Assembly: GCA_965223265.1 (NCBI GenBank)
Contig: OZ244999.1
Coordinates: 4,128,001-4,192,000 of the forward strand
Direction: 5' to 3'
DNA from: Planctomycetota bacterium
Lineage (GTDB): Bacteria > Planctomycetota > UBA8108 > SXIK01
DNA length: 64,000 bases
Shown: positions 60,409-64,000 of the stretch, piece after piece
Position numbering within the stretch: the stretch's first letter is position 1
Layout: each line of letters starts with the position of its first letter
Made by a program: the position numbers and the translations under genes
The notes under the pieces: model-generated
Databases searched by the model: none
Seen by the model: the letters and a program-made list of their open reading frames with translations, nothing else
What the model was told of the DNA's origin: nothing

Positions 60409-61949
60409 TGATCGCAGACAGCCTGACTTTTTCGGGATCGCATCTCACCCTCATCTGGGAAGCATTCGCCGGTCGAGGCCTTGGACACGGAGCATGTGAC
60501 AACTGGGACGTCAATTCGAGTCAATGCAACCCACATGATCCTGCTGGTCAAGTCCTGGAGGACTTTTCCCTCCCCCCTCCTGGAACCATCCGCGGAAAAG
60601 TATGGGAGGCAGAGGACTGCGACCTGAACCCACTCGGCACTCTTTCGGGTTGGGTTGTGTACCTCGACCTCAACAAGAATAATTCTCTAGATCCTGGAGA
60701 ACCGACGGATTCCACAGATGCATCTGGGCAGTATGAGTTTTCCGGCCTAGGCCTTGATTCTTATTGGGTCGGACTTGAGATGCAAACAGGCTGGAATTTG
60801 GTGGCCCCAATCCCCGAATTTGGGCCGCCAACTCGGATATGGAGAGACCCAGATCCGAGCATTTTCTACACCGACGTCTGGGCTGTTGGGGATATAGCTC
60901 TCGTTGGTCACAGCGAAAACAAAGGCGTAAGCATAATAGATCTAACGAAAATCTATCAAGGACACATCGATCATGCGCTGATCACTCGATGGGCAGACGT
61001 AGACTCCTCCGGACAAAACACCAACACAAATACGATAAAGGACGTAAAAGCAGAAGGCAACATCGCTTTCTTTGCCAGCGACAACGGTGGCGGCGTCTAC
61101 ATCATAGACATCTCCAACCCCATGAACCCCAAAAAAATCTCGCAGGTGACATCACAAAATGGGGCTTTCGACAAGGTGCACAACGTCTCAATCGACGATA
61201 GTTTTCTTTATCTAGCTAGCGATTTGACAAGTACCGTTCCGATCTTTGACATCAGGGATCCGAACATTCCAGTCTTACTCCATACGATTGACACAAATGG
61301 AGGAGTGGTCCACGACATTACTGCCCTGGACGATCGACTTTATGTTTGTGATCGAGAGACCCCTGGAAATCCAGGAGTATCTGGAAAAATCCACATATAC
61401 GATATTGCACGGAATGCGGTTGGAGACTTTGTGTCCGCCACGTTCGTGACTTCATTCACCGCCGGAGACCAAACTCATTCTTGCTGGCCGACAAAGAACG
61501 GAGATTATCTCGTCGTCTGTAAAGAGGACCTAACTAATTCGGTCGAGGGGAACAAGGTCGATATTTGGAGAATTGATATCTCTCCTCCACAGAAGAAAGC
61601 GACAATTACTCGACACCCGAACTCAGCCACCACCGCGCACAATCCGGTAGTCGAGGATGATACCCTGTATATTTCTTGGTACGAAGCCGGATATTTTAGC
61701 TATGACATCTCGAATCCGGAGGCGCCGAGATTTCTCGGTTTAGTGGATACGTTCCCACAGGGAGCTACGGCACAGACCGGTGTTGGTTGCTGGGGAGTCT
61801 ACCCTTTCATTGATCAGGGCTGGACCATCGCGACAGATACAGTTTTCGGACTTCATGCAAATCGTAGTGATACTCGGCATTTTGTCCCGAACACACAGGG
61901 AGGTCTCCATGAAAACCATGATTTTTATGTTTCTCAAGATTGTCCGTAG
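60409..61949 (+). pseudogene. M36 protease gene, fragment 4 (end of M36 domain, SdrD-B-like domain, LVIVD-type propeller)
   Basis: LIAD...H..LIWEAFAGRGLG; GWVVYLDLN.N..LDPGEP...TDASGQYEFSGL; IIDISNPMNP, IFDIRDP and YDISNPEAP repeats. Confidence 0.85.
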
Positions 61950-62284
61950 TACAGACTATCTATTGCATGAAAGTAGGAAACCTTCGAAGACTACATGATG
62001 TATCATCCTCCAAAACAGGTCTCTAAAATCACAACGAGCCACAATCGCTTGACAGCCTATAGACGCCCATCCTGCCCACATCTTGGTTGCGCCCGAGGGC
62101 CTGTCAGACTCGTCTGCTATTGAATTTGCTCAGAAGACTCGGTCTTTGCAGCAAGGCACCGTCGAGCGCACGGTCTTGGAGATTCGCCCACACGGAATTG
62201 AACCCGTAATCCTCACACACAGTAGTCGCTACGACGATCGAATCGATGTTGACGTGTCTCGAGTAAGAAAACCCGGAGTTGATC

Positions 62285-63205
62285 ATGAAAGTCACAAGAT
62301 TATCGATCCTGGCGCTGACAATGATCATTGACATCCTATTCGATCTACGATGCACGCATGCGAATTCCACGGATCAACGCTGGTGGCCCCTCGAGCCGGG
62401 AGCCGCGTGGTGTCTATTTGACGGGCGAGAAGGCTGGGAGGTCTTGATTCTTGGGCGGGAAGACGATGTCTTTCTCGTGCGATACCAGTTCGTAGCGTCC
62501 TTTGGCGACGGTCCTCTCGTAGTGCTTGATTCTCTTGACCTCCGCTTGCGAGAGCAGGGATCTGAGATCGACATCGAGATACAACCGGGAGAGTTTCACC
62601 CGTACGTACGTTTCGATCGAGAGTCATTTACGAGGCGTGATGCTGACTTCTGCTGGGACGATGTCGAGATCGCAGTTGACACCGTAGATTCGATTGAGGT
62701 ACCAGCGGGGCGATTCTCTCAGTGTCGACAGCTCTTTCTTGTCGGTCCCCAGAAGTGCTTTGACAATGGGACTGAAACTCAGGTCTTCTGCCCTGACATA
62801 GGGTTGGTTCATTGGTCATCGATCATCCCCACTGGTGTCGAAAGGAGCGATCTTCGTTCGGCGACCCAGATCGACTGGCCGTTCCGCCGCGGCGACGTCA
62901 ACGCCGACGCTGAAGTCGACATCTCAGATGCCGTTTTGACGTTGAATTTTCTCTTCGACCCCAACATCGACCCGGACGTCGTGCAGTGTCGCGATGCCGC
63001 CGATGTCAACGACGATGGCACCGTCGATATCTCGGACCCGATTTACTCCCTGAACTACCTGTTCGTCGACGGCCCCGGGATTCCGACGCCTACCGAGGAG
63101 TGCGGCGACGACCCGACCGAGGACGATCTCCGCTGCCTTTCGCATCTGCCGTGCGTCGATACTCGCGAGCCCGGGACAATACCAATCGAAGGCGAGTCCA
63201 ACTGA
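62285..63205 (+). CDS. Exported protein with a WWPL..G..W / VPAG.F N-terminal domain and C-terminal dockerin-like domain
   Basis: GGAG RBS; signal-like N-terminus; FRRGDVNAD..VDISDAV...DVNDDG..DISDPI...CGDDPTEDDL.C. Confidence 0.8.
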   Translation: MKVTRLSILALTMIIDILFDLRCTHANSTDQRWWPLEPGAAWCLFDGREGWEVLILGREDDVFLVRYQFVASFGDGPLVVLDSLDLRLREQGSEIDIEIQPGEFHPYVRFDRESFTRRDADFCWDDVEIAVDTVDSIEVPAGRFSQCRQLFLVGPQKCFDNGTETQVFCPDIGLVHWSSIIPTGVERSDLRSATQIDWPFRRGDVNADAEVDISDAVLTLNFLFDPNIDPDVVQCRDAADVNDDGTVDISDPIYSLNYLFVDGPGIPTPTEECGDDPTEDDLRCLSHLPCVDTREPGTIPIEGESN

Positions 63206-63427
63206 TGCACACGGGATTACTCGTCACACCACCTCACCGCCGGAGGAGGAAGCTGCAACGGAGTTGGAACCGTCGCCAACTCGCTCACACGACACTCGCA
63301 CGCTTTGCCGGTCCGTCCCCTCTGCGCATCCTTGGCCCGGCGGACGGGAATACGATGGCGCGCAATCCCGACAGCGGCGACCGAGCCCAGCAGGAGGCCG
63401 AAAGTGCAGCCCGGCTCCAGGTCTCTC

Positions 63428-63783
63428 ATGTCAACGAAGAGAGCAGTCTCGATTACCGTCATCGCCCTCGTCGTCACATCCTACGTATCGGGACAATCCT
63501 CAGAGGACCAGCGCTGGTGGCCTCTTGACCCAGGAAACGCATGGTCCCTTGCTGCGAGTGAAGCGGCCGGCTGGGAAATCCTCGTTCTGGCCCGTACGAA
63601 CGACGTTTCGACGGTTAGGTTTCAACGATGGGCAGCGTTCGGAGGCCCTCCCGAGCTGGTGGGTCCGCCGCTCGATGTACGACTGAGAGAGCAGGGTTCG
63701 GAGATTGACATCGAGCTGTCGCCTGGAGAGTTCCACCCGTGTCTCCGATTCGACGAAGAGACTTTTCTGCGGCGTGACTTTGA
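63428..63783 (+). pseudogene. Paralog of 62285-63205 truncated by an insertion
   Basis: Shares DQRWWPL.PG.AW, GWE.L.L and LD.RLREQGSEIDIE..PGEFHP; similarity stops at RRDFD. Confidence 0.75.
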
Positions 63784-63802
63784 CCCCGTACGGTCAAAAA
63801 AC

Positions 63803-64000
63803 TCATGCAGCCTCTCGATGGTAAAACTTCAGAAGCCCACCGAGTCGCTCGCGACGGCAAACGGAACCGTCGTTCGACGAGTCCTCCTTTGACGGGAAGA
63901 GAATGACGTTGCCCTTCCCCTGATGGTTTCGTTCGCCGTGGTGATGAGCGACGTACTCCTGAAGCGCTCGTCGTAGCGACGCTTCCCCGAAGAGGATCAA
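63803..64000 (-). CDS. 3' end of an integrase-core (rve-type) transposase; the element continues beyond the window
   Basis: LRRAL.EYV.HH..ERNHQG.GN...RRERLGGLLKFY; element end about 20 bp past the stop (~63784). Confidence 0.8.
   Translation of the reverse strand: MILFGEASLRRALQEYVAHHHGERNHQGKGNVILFPSKEDSSNDGSVCRRERLGGLLKFYHREAA

Larger units (their letters stand above)
45180..64000. mobile_element. Genomic island integrated at tRNA-Pro (far end outside the window)
   Basis: Integrases next to the tRNA; dense mobile elements; visibly more AT-rich cargo at 54-62 kb; no second copy of the tRNA-Pro 3' end seen in the window. Confidence 0.7.

Noticed and set aside
62285-63783. Diversity-generating retroelement template/variable repeat pair
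   Set aside because: Differences between the paralogs are not adenine-specific and no reverse transcriptase is in the window

Overview
GC-rich bacterial DNA, most likely Planctomycetota. This is inferred from a DUF1592-type cytochrome c, a PVC-type heme dehydrogenase, a sulfatase, Tat-exported Gfo/Idh proteins and many dockerin-like exported proteins. Bases 1-45 kb hold mostly exported or envelope enzymes, plus two REP/MITE clusters and a hairpin MITE. From tRNA-Pro(GGG) at 45103 to the window end lies a genomic island. It starts with two tandem paralogous tyrosine integrases; the second is preceded by the 3' half of a different tRNA (Val-like) in an attP-like arrangement. Next is a single secreted M36 (fungalysin-type) metalloprotease gene of about 1,530 codons, split into four in-frame pieces by three unrelated mobile elements: a RIT element, an IS4-family IS (10-bp target duplication), and a five-gene TG...CA DDE/AAA+ transposon (6-bp target duplication). 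The island ends in this window with a dockerin-bearing gene and its paralog, which is truncated by a fourth element. Family assignments come from motif recognition by eye, not database searches.
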